Below the pieces are notes generated by a model that was given only the letters and a program-made list of their open reading frames with translations, ran no database searches and was not told where the DNA came from. 64,000 nucleotides of DNA from Hyaloraphidium curvatum SAG 235-1 (lineage: Eukaryota > Fungi > Monoblepharomycota): the NCBI GenBank assembly GCA_025558095.1, contig JAIVFI010000002.1:806001-870000 (forward strand), given 5' to 3'. Made by a program: the position numbers and the translations under genes. This document shows positions 39,408 to 52,649 of this stretch, in pieces; the first letter of the stretch is position 1; every line of letters begins with the position of its first letter.

Positions 39408-42400
39408 TCAGCCGCTCAGCTCCACCTGGATCTGCCTGTGCACCGAGCACAGGTAATCGACATCTGGCGGGAATGTGAGCTGGCCCCGAACCGACGCGCT
39501 GTCGATCTACCCACAGGTTGCGTTGTCCTGATTCTTGTCCTCGACCAGCATGTTGTTGTACTCGACCTCCAGGAACGGGTCGATCTGGTGCCGCACGATC
39601 TGCAGCTGCATGTAGTTGTACCGCTGGTTCTGCACGTAGTCCACGATGGCTCTGATGAGCTGCGATCGCCTGTTGTCCAATTCAGGCAGCATGCGCTGGT
39701 GACAGAGCGCCTCAATTAGGGTTGAGCGGCTCCGAGAAGGTGATGGACGCTCACCAAGGACGGCTGGACCTGGTCCACCGTGTCGACGCCAAAGACGTCG
39801 CGAAGGAAGTCCTGGGAGATCTGCCTACCGATCCACAGGAACAGCTGGAAGCCGTTTTCTGCGCGACGCGGGTATCAGTCGATGCCTTCCGGCCCGTGCG
39901 ACAACCTCCAGCCCACCCAGGATGTACGCCCCGTCCACTTCCATTCGCTCCAGGGAAACGCGCATGTTGGGCGGGAGAATCATCCGCCCGCTCGGCGCGT
40001 ACTGGCCAACCTATGGTGGCCGAGTCGTTAGACGTGACCGCACATGTCGCGACGATCGATACGCACGTCCTCGGGCATCTCGTGGATGGCAAAGAGGCGG
40101 GGGTAAATGAGGGGAACGCTGGTGGAGACGGCAAGGGCTTTCAGCGTCCGGAGGTTGAATACCCGGACGTCTGAAGGGATCTCTTGGCCTGGACGGCGGC
40201 GACGCTGTCAACCGAGCCTGAAAGCGCGACCATCGTCGATTCTCACCTCCGCGGAAGGACTTCATCTTGAGCAGGGCCAGGGTATACAGGGGGTATAGCT
40301 TGAACGACTCGGGCAGGATGAGTTGTCCGGGGGCGGTGGAGGAGCCGCAGTGCTTGCGGTAGGCGGCGAGGATCTTGACGCACTTGACCGTGAGCTCGTC
40401 GCGGATGGTACGGAGGGGGTAGCTCGCCGTCATGGCCACGCTCGTCTTCTGGAGGTAGTTGATGGAGGTGTCCATGTCGGCGAAGCGGAAGACGTTGGCC
40501 AGCACGGTGGAGGAGGGTACGGAGAGGGTGGAGACGCGGATGCGGCGCTCGCCCGTCGCGGCAGTGTACAGCATTGCGCACTGGAACGCGGACTCGGTCC
40601 GCTCGTCCAGCTTCGAGTCGTACTTGAGCGTGACCGCAAATGCCTTGCTGCTGTCCAGGCCGGCAAACTCGAGGTCCGTCGAGTTCTTCATGTAGAAGTT
40701 GCCGTGGTGCTCCGCAACGCGGAGTCCGTTGGACGCGCGCACGCGGAGAATAACGTCAAAGGCAAACGGTCGACGCAGGTTGCGGACGAGGTCGTTGGCG
40801 AACTTGAGGCCGTCGCGGCCGTCGTCGTACGACTGGTACATTGTGGTGGTCCCGCCCGTCATGGCCGAGAGGAGGCCTAAAGTGGAGCACGGCGTGTGAG
40901 GCGGAAACAAGGGCGGTAAGAGAAACATGGCCACCGACCGACGGTGGCGACGTCCACGTAGGCGCTGGGGAAAATGTAGAGGTCGATGCCGATGCCGGCC
41001 TCGGCGCAGTGCGTCGCCATCTTCTTCCACGCGGCATCCTGGGGCTCATAGAGCTGCCTCTCCTTGTCTGAGTTCAGGAGCTTGATGTCCTCGCGGTTCT
41101 TGAGCGGGTGAGGGCCGAAAGTCGGCAAAGCCGTTTGGAAGACGCTCAGCTTGCCGCCGCGGTCCTTCTGGGAACGCAAACTCATCAGGAAACGCTCTTG
41201 CCCGCGGGTTGGCGCGACGAACCATGGCGCCCATAGCGGCCTCAACCGCAGCGCTCAAGGCCGGCTCACTCTGCCTGTTGCCCTCGAACATGGAAGGGAG
41301 GCTGTCGAGGAGCGCCTCAATCTGCGACCTGCGGTTCATAATCCGTGACAGTCAATCAGAGATCGGCCAGACCGAGACGCAACCACCAACCTCGACTTCG
41401 CCGGATTCACCAGAAACCCCGCGTTGAGGGGCGCGAAGACGTCCATCACGTCCGGGATCACCATCATGTGCGCCTGATCGAGCTGGGGCTGCGGAAAAGG
41501 TACCGCCGTCAGCACCATCTCACGCCTGCGGATCCACGAATGCCCACGCTCAGGTTGTAAAAGTGGACCGCCCGGTCAAAGGTGACGATGCCGACATCGC
41601 ACCCCGGCGCCAGCCCCTCGCCTTCGTACAGGAACCCCTTGAGCGTCCGGCAGAAACGCGCCAGCATCCCCGACTGCACGGCGCTCCAGGACACGTCGAT
41701 GGCGAACACGTAGGCTGCCGGGTGCGCCGGGCGCGAGTAGTACTCCTTGGTCGGCACGAATTCGACGGTGCCGTAGCGGAGCTCGGGCCGCTGGTCGTGA
41801 TCCATCCGGCGGCCCGTCATGTCCAGGTTGCAGAAGTACTCGGGAGGCACTGGATGTACCGCGCGAGCTGAGCAGGGCGCCCGCGGACCGCGGACAGGGC
41901 AACCCACCTTCGTTGGCAAACTCGCACAGGTTGCAGGCCCATTTCTGCCCGCCGTCGACGAACCGCACCATTGGGTTGATGTAGCCCCGGCAGCGGTTAC
42001 ACCGCACCGGTCCGTTTTCTCCAAAGTCCACCAGCTGGATCGGGTCCTCGTCCGGCCGCAGCTCCGCGAGCGGCTGAATTACGAGGCCCAGGGGCAGGTG
42101 CGACATGTTGCAGAGCTCCTCCGTCGCCGGGATGTTGTAGGTCGTGATGCGCATTAGCCGCGGGCTGGCGTTGCCGTCGTCCGAGATGCGGACGTCGGTG
42201 GACGCCAGTGGTGGCAGCGTGCGCGACGCGGTGCTCCACACCAGGCCCTCGTGGTTCTTTTGGTCCAGGTCCTGCACGGCCACGGGGCTCGGGATCTGGT
42301 TCGGGTCGATCCTCGGGCGCGGCGCGTTGGGCGCGGCGGATTTCGGGCTGATTCCCGGGCGCGGGCCGGTCGAGACGGGCGGCGCGGCCGAGGGCTGCGT

Positions 42401-43180
42401 GGCGGCGATCATCTGCGCCTGCTGCAGCGGGGAGACCGTGGGCTGCTGCGGCGGGTTGGCGTACAGCAGGGGGCGCTGCGGCTGGGGGGCCGCCATCCCG
42501 GGCAGGGGCGGCGGCGGGATGCCGGCCGCGACGCCGGGCGGGGCGGCCTGCATGCCGGCCACTGCCGCCGCGGTGGCCTGCTGGTATGCGAACTGCGGCT
42601 GGCCGGGGAACTGCGGCTGGCCGGCGAACTGCGGCTGGCCGGGGAACTGCGGCTGGCCGGCGAACTGCGGCTGGCCGGACGGTCCAATTGGCGGCATCCC
42701 GATCGGCGACATGCCCTGCGCCGGGTCCGTGCCCGGCATGCCCTGCGGCGCGAACTGCGCGGGAGCCTGCATGGCGGGCGCGCCGTTCGCGGGCGCCGGC
42801 GACGGGAAGCCCGAGCCTTGCGCCGAGGCGTACACGCGTTTGGGACGCGACGCGGGCCGCGGCGCGCCGGCCACCGGCGGGGGCACGCCGGCCGGAGCGG
42901 CGGGCGCGAAGCCGGCGGGGGCCGCCTGCTGCGCCGCCTGCTGCGGCGGCACTTGCGGGTACGCCGCCGGCGCGCCGGGCTGGGGAGCCGGACCCGGAGG
43001 CCGCGGCATTCCGTTGGGTGCGGGCGGCCGGGCCGCGCCGGCGGTGGGCGGCCGCGCCGCGGGAGGCCGGGGCCCCGGAGGTCCCAGCGGGGCTCCGTTC
43101 GGCATCGGAGGTCGCGGCGCCGTCCCCGGCACCGGCATCCCCAAAGGGCGCGGCACGGGAGGCCGCGGAACGGGGTCCAT
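39408..43180 (-). CDS. SEC24: COPII coat subunit SEC24 (C/D type)
   Basis: Pro-rich N-terminus; DDGNASPRLMR; zinc finger PVRCNRCRGYINP..CNLC; ERRIRV; GQLILPESFKLYPLY. Confidence 0.95.
42590..42678 (-). repeat. 18-bp coding minisatellite (~5 copies, GQPQF[A/P])
   Basis: GAACTGCGGCTGGCCGG(G/C) tandem array in the SEC24 N-terminus. Confidence 0.9.
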
Positions 43181-43248
43181 TTTCCGTGTGCTGGCAGCAG
43201 CGGGGCGAAGCGCGACGCTCGATCAAACAACCAACCCCGCGCAGGAAA

Positions 43249-44941
43249 ATGCCCTCTCCCGCCGCGGCAAAGCCCGCCCGGGCAAAGCCGTCCTTCGCCG
43301 TGGCGCGCTCGCACCCGTACCGCAAGTCCCTGGGGCAGAAGGCCGGTCCCGCTGCCAAGATGCGGCCGGGGAAGGGCGGGCCACGCAAAGCAGGACCAAA
43401 GGGCAGGACTGCCGGCAGGACCGACGGCGGGGGCCAGAAACCCACCAAGGACACGGAGATGGACTCGGGGGCCTCGGACGAAGAGGAGGACGAGGACATG
43501 GGTGCCGTGGGTGCCTTTTCGCGCCCCTCGCCCACCCCGCCGCTGACGGTCCTCGCTCGCTCCCGCTTCGCAACCCACCAGAAGGGCTCGGGATTCGTCG
43601 ACGCGCGCACGTCGAAGCGCATTTTGGACATTGCGCGGCTGCAGCAGGAGGAAATCGACGCCGAGGACGGGGCACCGGGGGACACCCGCAGAGCCGCGCC
43701 CGCCCGGCCGTCGCGGCCCGACAGCGACGACGAGGGCAGCGGCGGCTCGGACTTCGACGCCGAGAACTTTGATGAGGACGCTGGCTTCGACGACGACGAC
43801 TTTGCCGCCTTCCGGGACGGCTTCGCCGCCGACGTGGAGCTTGACGACGCGGAACGGAGGCTGATCGAAAAGTTCATCGCGCCGTCGTCGAAGCAGCAGC
43901 GGAACCTGGCGGACATCATCATGGACCGCATAAAGCAGGCCGAGGAGGCACCTGCAGAGGCCCTGGAGCCGGCCGGGCAGCAGGCCGCACAGGCCGCCCC
44001 GGCACCGCTGATGGTCCAGGGCCCCAAGGGCCACATGCTGCACGTCCCCCCGGGCATGAACCCCAAAGTCGTCGAGGTGTACTCCAAGGTCGGCCTGCTG
44101 CTGTCGCGGTACCGGTCCGGCAAGCTCCCCAAGCCCTTCAAGATCATCCCCTCGTTCAAGAACTGGGACGAGATCCTGTACCTGACCCGGCCCGAGGACT
44201 GGACGCCGCACGCCACCTACCAGGCGACGCGCATCTTCGTGTCGAACCTCAAGGGCAACATGGCCCAGCGCTTCTTTGAGCTCGTGCTGCTGGACCGCGT
44301 GCGCGACGACATTGCCGAGAACAAGAAGCTCAACGTGCACCTCTACTTGGCCCTAAAAAAGGCGCTTTACAAGCCCGCCGCGTTTTTCAAGGGCATCCTG
44401 CTGCCTCTCCTGGAGGTGGGTCCCACGTGCTGCACGAATTGCTTCCCCAACAGCTGACTTATCGTGCGATCGCAGTCCGGCAACTGCACCCTCCGCGAGG
44501 CGGCCATAATCGGCTCCGTCGTCTCCAAGGTCTCCATCCCCGTCCTCCACTCCTCTGCCGCGCTCCTCAAGGTCGCCGAGCTGCCCTACACCGGCCCGAG
44601 CTCCCTCTTTGTCCGCATCCTGCTGGACAAGAAGTACGCGCTGCCCTACCGTGTCGTCGACGCGCTCGTCTTCCATTTCCTGCGGTTCAAGCAGGACAAG
44701 AGGCAGCTGCCGGTACTGTGGCAGCAGAGCCTCCTGGTGTTCAGCCAGAGGTGAGACGGCGCTGGCCCGAGGACCGCGGGTTCAGAGCTGACTTGTCGCC
44801 TGGATTTCTAGGTACAAGGAGGACATGACGCCGGACCAGAAGGACGCGCTGCTGGAGGTGGTCAAGGTCCACTTCCACCCGACAATCTCGCCCGAGATCC
44901 GGCGCGAGCTGGGGAGCTCGTCAAGCAGGATGGAGGAGTAG
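43249..44941 (+). CDS. ENP1: Bystin / ENP1
   Basis: [58 protein letters not shown]. Confidence 0.96.
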
Positions 44942-44993
44942 CCGGTGGTGTTACCGCGATAGCTCCCGATACACCTCGAACGCCGGGACGCGG

Positions 44994-46536
44994 CTACGAA
45001 GACATGAAGGCTACCGACGCCTCGGTCGGCTTGAAGAATGGCCCTTCGTTCAGGTACCGCGTGATCCTCGCCCTCAGCTCGGGGTGCAGCACCGCCCCGG
45101 CCGCCGGGCTCGTGTCCATCGCCTGCACGATCGAGTACTTGAACTCCATGCCCGTCCGGGTCTGGTCCGTCCGCCGATCGAACAGGAAGTTGTCCACGAC
45201 CTCGTGCGAGGCCAGCGCGCGCAGGCCCCATTCGTGGCGCGCGAGCGCCTTGAGCACCGAGTAGCCGGCCACGCGGTTCTCCTCCAGGGCGCTGCGGCAC
45301 AGGTGCACCATGTCCTTGAGCGGGGTGCGGCCGAGGTCCTCGAACACGCGCCGGGCATAGTCCGCCAGCTCGGGCGGGCAACTCTCGACGAACACGCTGA
45401 CGGCATGCAGAGCCACCAGCCTGCCGTCGGTCGACGCCGAACGGTACGCCTGGACGAAAGCCGACACCACCCGGTCCTGCTCCTTGAGCAGCGCCAGCCC
45501 GCGCGACGAGGAAGAGAGGTTCTCGACAAAGACAAAGAGGCTCGTCTCCAGGGTCCTCGTGGGTTCCTCCATGAGCGGCTGCACGCGGTCGAGGATCCCG
45601 TAGGACCGGAAGGCCGCCTCGACAGCGGGCACCGCGTCCATGACGGCGCCGATCTGGCCAAAGAAGCGGACGACGTTGGACGTCACCAGCTCCTCCTCCG
45701 ACGTCCCGAGGGTTTCCGCGAGCCGGCGCAGGATTCCGAGCTGCTCCAGTAATGCGAGGCCGTGCGGCGAGCTGCGCACGAGCTGGGCGCACAGCTCCAG
45801 CGCCGCCAGCGCACCGAGGAGGTCGCCGTCAAAGTCGATCTCGTCGGCCAGCCGCTGGGGAATACCAGTGGTGACGCTGGCCTGGAACGCGGCGTCCGAG
45901 GTGCTGCCAATCCGCGCGACGGCCTCGAGAACGCGGTGCTTTGCGATGTCGTCCCTGGCGACGCAAGCGTCAACGCTGGTCGGCGCCCGCAAGGAGCGCG
46001 ATCGCCCACCTTTCGTACAAATATTCCAAGATCCGTAGCGACTCCGGCGCGTAGATGGCGGCCGAGGCCTCGGGCTGCCCGGCAAGCTCCACGAGCAGCT
46101 TGGTCGCCTTCTCGGCCACGGCGAGGTCTTCGATGCCCACCGTGTCCCACAGATCGGGCAAAAATCTCGGCAGGGGCAGCCTGCGCACCAGATCCAGGCA
46201 CACGGCGCGGACCTGGGGCAGCGGGCTGCGCAGGCCCTGCTGGATGAGGCCCGAGTGCTGCTGCAGCGAAGGCCCGTCCAGGTCCGCGAATGAGTGTGCC
46301 AGCACGGCGCACACGTCGTCCACGGCGTCCGGCAGATCGAGCCACTGCAGCAGGGCGGGCAGCGGCAGCTGCGCGCGGAGGGCCGCCGGCGGCACGCGGC
46401 GCCCGCTGCACGCGACGCGCAGGTCCCGCAGCAGCGTCGGGCCGGCGTCGTCGGCGAGCGACACGGCGGCGAGCCGCGCGGCGAGCGCATCGGCGCCGTG
46501 GGAGGCGGTGCCGTTCGGCTGCGCGTCGACTGCCAT
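44994..46536 (-). CDS. PSMD5: 26S proteasome assembly chaperone S5b/PSMD5-like
   Basis: ARM-like helices; C-terminal KYSIV...RYLNEGPFF. Confidence 0.75.
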
Positions 46537-46722
46537 GAGCGGAGTGGTGGTGGAAGGCGCGAGAGGAAGCGGAGGAGGGCGAGAAACGCGAACCGCGCCC
46601 CGCAGCCGCAACCAACTCCCGACAGCCCGCCCGCCCCGCGCGTCCGGCCCTTCCGCGGCTCCGCGCCCCGCCGCCTACCGATTTCATTCGCGCGCCGCAC
46701 GCCCCCGCGCTGTAACGCCGAA

Positions 46723-47311
46723 ATGACGTGGGGCCCGGCCGCCGCAGACCCTGGTCCCACCCGCTCACCCCAGCACCGCTCGCAGGGAGCGAAAGGCGGT
46801 CATCAAGAATGCCGACATGAGGTGATCCCGGTCTCGCAGGGCTGCTTGCTCGGCGCTGAGCCCCGGGCGTCCACCCGTCCCGCGCTCGCAGCGAGGAGAT
46901 GCAGCAGGACGCGCTGGACTGCGCGACCCAGGCCACGGAAAAGTTCTCGGTGGAGAAGGACATTGCCGCCTATATCAAGCGGGAGTTTGACAAGGTCGGC
47001 TGGGCCGTGCGGCTGGCTCGGTACCGAGGGCTGACCCGCTGCCATGGGGATCTCTCCGGAACAGAAATACAACCCCACCTGGCACTGCATCGTCGGACGG
47101 AACTTTGGATCTTATGTGACGCACGAGACGAGGGTGAGTCGCGGAGCCAGCGATCGCCTGCCGGGGTTGAGATTCGACGCCTTCCAGCATTTCATCTACT
47201 TTTACCTGGGCCAACTGGCGATTCTTCTCGTGAGTCCTTGTCTCGTCTTCTCACTGACATCCTCTTACCTATACCGGCTCATCCGCGATCTTCCAGTGGA
47301 AGTCGGGCTAG
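46723..47311 (+). CDS. DYNLL1: Dynein light chain LC8
   Basis: [21 protein letters not shown]...[36 protein letters not shown]; 5 introns. Confidence 0.96.
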
Positions 47312-47376
47312 ATCGATGCTACTTGCATGTACCTCTCTGCTGAAATGATGCGTGTGATACCCAACCAAAACAAACG

Positions 47377-48372
47377 ATGAATCGTGCCTGGGGCCTCGCG
47401 AACGCGCTCTCGGCGCCTGCGTGCCGACAAATCGTGGCGCGAAGAGGCGCCCGGAAGCTCCTGCGGGCCAAGAACTATGAGCCGCTGCCCGAGGGGATCG
47501 CAATCCACCGGGAACGCGCCGCGAGCGTCGGCGTGCTCCTGCGGCGCGATCCCGTCATCCTGCCCGAACCCGAGCCGTTCGAGGCCGCGTATGCCGCCCA
47601 CGCCGAGGCGTTGAGGGCCGAGGTCGCGCGGCCGATGGCCTCGGCTTTCTTTTTCAAGAAGGGGACGGACGATGAGAAGCTCTTCCAGGAGGCGCAGGCT
47701 CTTGCCGCGGGCGGGGGCCCGTCGGGCGCCGCTGCGGCGTCCGCTTCCGACTCGGAGGCATCCGCGGCGCCGGCCCTCCCTGGCAGTGGCCCGGAGAACC
47801 CCTTCCTTCCCTACAACGGACCCTTGGCGCCCCGCCATACCGAGGCGGACGCCGCCAACGACGTAACGTCGCTGAACAGGGCCCTGGACCGGCCGCTGTT
47901 CCTCGTGGTGCGGAATCGGGACGAGCCACAGGGGTGGAAGCTTCCGGACAACCCGGTTGGGAGGACGGAGCTCCTGCACGAAGTGGGTCCGCCGCCGGGC
48001 CCGCCATCGCACCGCCCGCTGACGCCTTTTGGTAGGCCGCACAGCGTTTCATGAAGGAGGACTACGCGGACTTGGACACCTGGGTGGTCGGGCGCGTGCC
48101 GATCGGTTTCTACACCTACCTCTTCAGGGAAGACGACAAAGCGTCCCGGGCGCTGTTCCGCAATCTCGGCGCGAATGTGGGTTCCATCTGCCCGATACTG
48201 AGGCCGTTCCCTGACGACGGCGCATCAGGTCTTCTACATGAAGGCGCACGTCATGAGCGGGCAGATCCAGCAGCTCAAGGACCGGGCAAAGGAGTGGGCG
48301 TGGGTGACCAAGGAGGAGCTGAAGGAGATGACGGCGCCCGACTACTACGAGGCCATCAAAGACATGCTCTAA
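47377..48372 (+). CDS. MRPL46: Mitochondrial ribosomal protein mL46
   Basis: PRHTEADAANDVTSLNRALDRPLFLVV, TWVVGRVPIG, WAWVTKEEL. Confidence 0.88.
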
Positions 48373-48409
48373 TGTATCGGGTATCGGCAACCAATCAATC
48401 ATCCCGGGA

Positions 48410-49152
48410 TCACGAGCTCTGCCGCAAAGAATCCCGCTCGTCCTCCAACGCCTGGATCTCGGCACCCAGGCCCAGAATCGCGGCCTCCAGCGAGATCACT
48501 TTGCCGATTAGCTCGCTCCAGCGGAGCTCCAGGCTCTGCAGCACGTTGCCCTGGCTGATTTGGTCAAACTTCCGCGTTTTGTTGAGCTCGAGGAGCTTCT
48601 TCCGGTAGTCCTCCAGCTGTGCCTGCAGCTGTTTCACCAAATGCTCCACCTGGTAGTTGTGCATGAGCCAGGAATTCGGCCCGAACTTGCTCAACAGCTC
48701 CAGGTTCATCATCCTTGGGGCGCAGTTCCGTCAGCGGGATCACCCCTGCAACGGCAAACCATCACGTACCTGTTGTACTGGGCCTCCATCTGGGCTTTCG
48801 CGTTGTCCACTGCCTGCTCCCACGCGGCGACGTCGTCGTCCTTGTCCAACGGCGGTGCCGGAAGGCTGTACCGCTCAAAGTCTATGGCCGCGAGCTTCTG
48901 TCCCGCCGCCGCCCGCTCCAGTTCGGCTGCCAGGAGCTTGTTGCCGGCAAAGAGCTCGATCTCCTTCGGCAGCGAGGTCGCTTCCCGGTTCCCGCCCCTT
49001 TGCAGCTCCTCCTGGATCATCCGGTCCACCTGCGTCTTCATGGCGGCCGTCTCGTAGTCCCGGTCCACGTAAGGCATGGCGTCCAGCAAGACCTGCTCGC
49101 CTGCGGACTCCCCATTGGGCCCGCTCGGGCCATCGATGCCGTCTGCGGCCAT
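48410..49152 (-). CDS. SPF27: Prp19-complex subunit SPF27/BCAS2
   Basis: LDAMPYVD, RYSLP, NAKAQME, NLELLSKFGPNSW, LELRWSELI. Confidence 0.92.
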
Positions 49153-49291
49153 CGCGCACTAAGAAGAGTTGGACGTGGGAAAGGATTTCCCCAACGACTT
49201 CGTTGTCGTCGATGCCGTGCTGACGGGGTCGGTCCGGCCGTTTCAAGGACGCCGCATCGTCAGTCTTATCGTGTTGACGTTGCAGACGGGA

Positions 49292-49602
49292 ATGGCGGCG
49301 AAGGCGAAGGCAAGGTGGGGCCCCGAGTGTGGCACCCCGGGAACCCCGCTGACGCAGTTCCTGGGGCTATTCCTCGCACATCTCCATTGGCAACGTCATC
49401 CGGGACCCAGAACCATCGTCGTGCGGCTCTACAGCCAGGCGGGCACGGGCTACTACTACACGACGACGCGGAGACGGACGGCGATAAAGCTCACGAGGAT
49501 GAAGTACGATCCAATAGGTTGGTGCCGCCATGGCCCGCATTCTGGCCGAATCTGAACCATCGGACAGTGAACCAACACGTGATCTTCTCGGAGAAGAAGT
49601 GA
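49292..49602 (+). CDS. MRPL33: Mitochondrial ribosomal protein bL33m
   Basis: Spliced: [26 protein letters not shown]...[17 protein letters not shown]. Confidence 0.9.
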
Positions 49603-49826
49603 ATGAGCGGGCTGGGACTTGGGCTCGCCGGCACGGCATCGGCACCCTCACTATGTCGTCGTCCTTCGAGGACGACCCGCCCGGCGGCCTGATCATTCGT
49701 CGGGGAGCAAATACAATAGATTCAACCACGATCACGGGTATCTGAGTTACAATTTCGTCCTCGCGACACAGTCCGCCCTCGCCGCGTCCCTCCCGCCGGC
49801 CATTCCGGGTTGTGTCCAGCCATCAC

Positions 49827-50433
49827 TCATCGCCGGGTAGCCGCCCTCTTCAGATGTGCGTAAACCCGTTCCTTGATCCAGTCTCGATCGTGCGGCGTGT
49901 ACTTGGCCGTCGCGGGGTCGAAGCTGGAACGTGTGAGGCGTGAGCAATGGCGGAGGCCAAAAGAAGAAACATCAATCGTCCGCTTCTTATCTCGGGAACA
50001 GCCCGATGGAAATGCTTACACCAGCGCCGCCATGTCCTGGTACGACGTGTCGAGGAACTTATTGAGGTCGTTGATGTCGTAGCTGCGCGAACGCCAGGGA
50101 CCTCAGACCGACCTGCAGAGCACCGACACGTGTCGAAGCATACCTGATGTTCAGTTGATTCGGGTACTTTGACTTCAGGTGTGTTTCAAAGAGCTTGATG
50201 ACCGCTGGAGGACGTCCGCACCGCGTCTGAGCACCGGTCCCGGCAGAATCCCGACCAGAGTCCGGCAACACACCCTCGCAGCACAAGGAAATGCTCTCAA
50301 AGTCATCGTAGGTCCGCGTCAGCTTGTTGGGCGTCTTTTGAAGCAAGAGAATCGTGTGGACCGCCTGCCGCTCTTCCGTTGAGTACGGAGTCCCCTGCTT
50401 GGTGCCAGCGCCGCGGCGCTCCGTTCCCACCAT
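49827..50433 (-). CDS. ERH: Enhancer of rudimentary homolog
   Basis: HTILLLQ..TRTYDDFES, FETHLK, YDINDL..FLD, YTPHDRDWIKERVY; ATG-only first exon. Confidence 0.92.
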
Positions 50434-50591
50434 CGCCGGTCTAAAGTTGACCACTTAGACCCGATTGCCCAGAGCTCTCCGAGGCCACGCGGAGAATCGT
50501 TCACCTTACCAGTTCACCCGATCTCTGAGAGGCGTCACCTTGCGCCCGAACTTTTCCCCCATTTCCCGGCCCCTCCTGACGCCAGGCAGCC

Positions 50592-52649
50592 ATGTCCGAC
50601 CAGGCGATATTCCGCGTACAGCGCGAAGTACGCCCCATCGCGGTCCGCCTGCTTTGGCCCAGCTTACGGGGTCGGATTGCGGCCGTTCCCAGATCGCGGA
50701 CCTGATGCGGAACCCGGACCAATCGTTCATCGTTCATCAGTCGGAGGACAACATCCTCCATGTTCACGCGCTGGTGTTTGGGCCCCCGAGCACCCCGTAT
50801 GCCCACGGCATGTTCGACTTCACGCTAGGTCCTCTTTCTCCCGACCCCTGGCCATCGTTTCTGGAGGCGCTCACCGCGGACGATGCAGACTTCCCGAAGG
50901 ACTATCCCACCAATGCTCCCAAAGTCGTTGCCACGACGACCAGCGGAAACCGGGTCAGGTGGGTACCGCGTGACGGCGATGTGGGCCAGGCCTCCCGCGG
51001 CAATTGGGACCTAACTCCTGTCGACTGCAGGTTCAACCCGAACATCTACGCCGGTGGAAAGTGGGTAGACCCCGTGCATTCGCAGTGCGCGCGCTGACTG
51101 GCCGTGCCACAGGGTTTGCCTGTCGATTCTGGGGACCTGGCGCGGGGAGACCGGGGAGCAGTGGAGCTCCGCACACGGGATCCTGTCCGTGCTCATCTCG
51201 ATCCAGAGCTTGATGTCCGACAAGGTAGGCGAGTATCTTTTCACCCTTGCTGAATGCTCACCCAGCTTGTTTCGCAGCCTTATCTCAACGAAGTACGATT
51301 GTGTGACAGATGTCATCCTTCCATCACTAACTCTCTGGCTGCAGCCCGGCTTCGAAAACACAAAGGACGACAAGATAATCCAGTCCTACAACGAGTGAGT
51401 CGGTCCGTGGAACCGATGGTCCCGCCGTTTCCAACGCTGGCGCTGCAGCAAAATCCGTCACGAGACGCTCCGGGTGTCTGTCTGCGAACGCATGGAGGCC
51501 ATCCTGAAGCATTCGGAGGGAGGTGTGCTGCGCAATTGGTGCTCGTGCCGGCCGCGGAGCCCCTTTGAGGACATTGCGAAGCGGCACTACCTTTTGTTCC
51601 ACGAGACCTACCTGGAAACGGTGGAGAAGGAGATGGAGCGGATTTCGGACAACACTGCCTTCCCCAGAATGCAGTTTGAGGTGGCTACTGGTCGTTGGGA
51701 AGGAGAGCTTGTCGGCTGACGACTCTGCCAGTACGCGTCCAACACCATGGAGGGCAACTACAACTACAAGGTGATCAAGGAGAAGCTGCTGAAGATCTAC
51801 AAGCAGCTGGAGGACGAGTGGCAGATCGAATGGGTCAAGTGAGTTAGCCGCGATCCGCCGAGGGCCCGCACCAACCCCTGCTGCACAGGGACTCGCTGAA
51901 GCGGATCGCGGACGATACCACGACAAAGAGCAACCTGAAGAGCCAGTTCGATCAGATCATGGAGTCGAAGGAGTTCGAGGGACGGATGGACATTGAGCTG
52001 GAGGACGGCAACCCTTTCATTTGGAACGTGACCGTCTGGGGTCCGATGATGTCGGCTTGTGAGTTGCCCCTGGCTCGGAGTATAGGCGGCGCCTGACCGT
52101 CGACAGGGGAGGGTGGCATGTTCCGGGCGAGGATCGTCTTCAACGAGGGGTTCCCGGTAGGTGGGCTTCCCCGACCATGGATCGTTCTCTGAGACGCTGC
52201 TCAGGACGTGTGGCCGCGCGTCAAGTTCACCACCCCGTTGGCGCATCCGCACATCACAAAGACCGGTGGCTACCCGTACTACAAAGTGCGGAGGGTGGAG
52301 GACATCCGGTCACACCTGAACGAGCTCTTCAAGCTCTTCTCTGACCCCGTCGATCCGAACCCTGGTTCGTTCATCGCGTTGCAGGGCAGCTCCGCTTGCT
52401 GACACGTTGCTGTCGTTTGTAGGCTCGCACGTGAATCTCGAGGCGGCGGAGCTCTGCTTTGGCAACAAGGATCAGCGGCGAGAATGTGGGTCGGCTGCCT
52501 GCGGCCCTCCTTTGTTGTAGACTGACCCGCCACTCGCATTCCAGACGCCAGGAACGCTCGAAGGTAGTGTGCCCGCTTGTGAGACGCCGTTTTGAGACTG
52601 ACCCATGTGGCTTGGCAGAGCTGCTCAGCGGAGTACGGAGTACTCGTGA
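50592..52649 (+). CDS. UBE2Z-like ubiquitin-conjugating enzyme with second UBC-like domain
   Basis: [43 protein letters not shown]; second domain NPFIW...GP...EGGMF...HPHI. Confidence 0.88.

Noticed and set aside
42590-42678. CRISPR-like array
   Set aside because: Spacerless coding minisatellite in a eukaryotic gene
41997-44457. Very long overlapping and antisense ORFs (also at 20462-21769, 30691-32446, 54913-56523)
   Set aside because: Shadow ORFs from high GC and codon bias opposite real genes; no domains
49600-49720. Selenocysteine readthrough of MRPL33 TGA with a SECIS
   Set aside because: TGA is at the normal C-terminus and the hairpin lacks a SECIS core geometry
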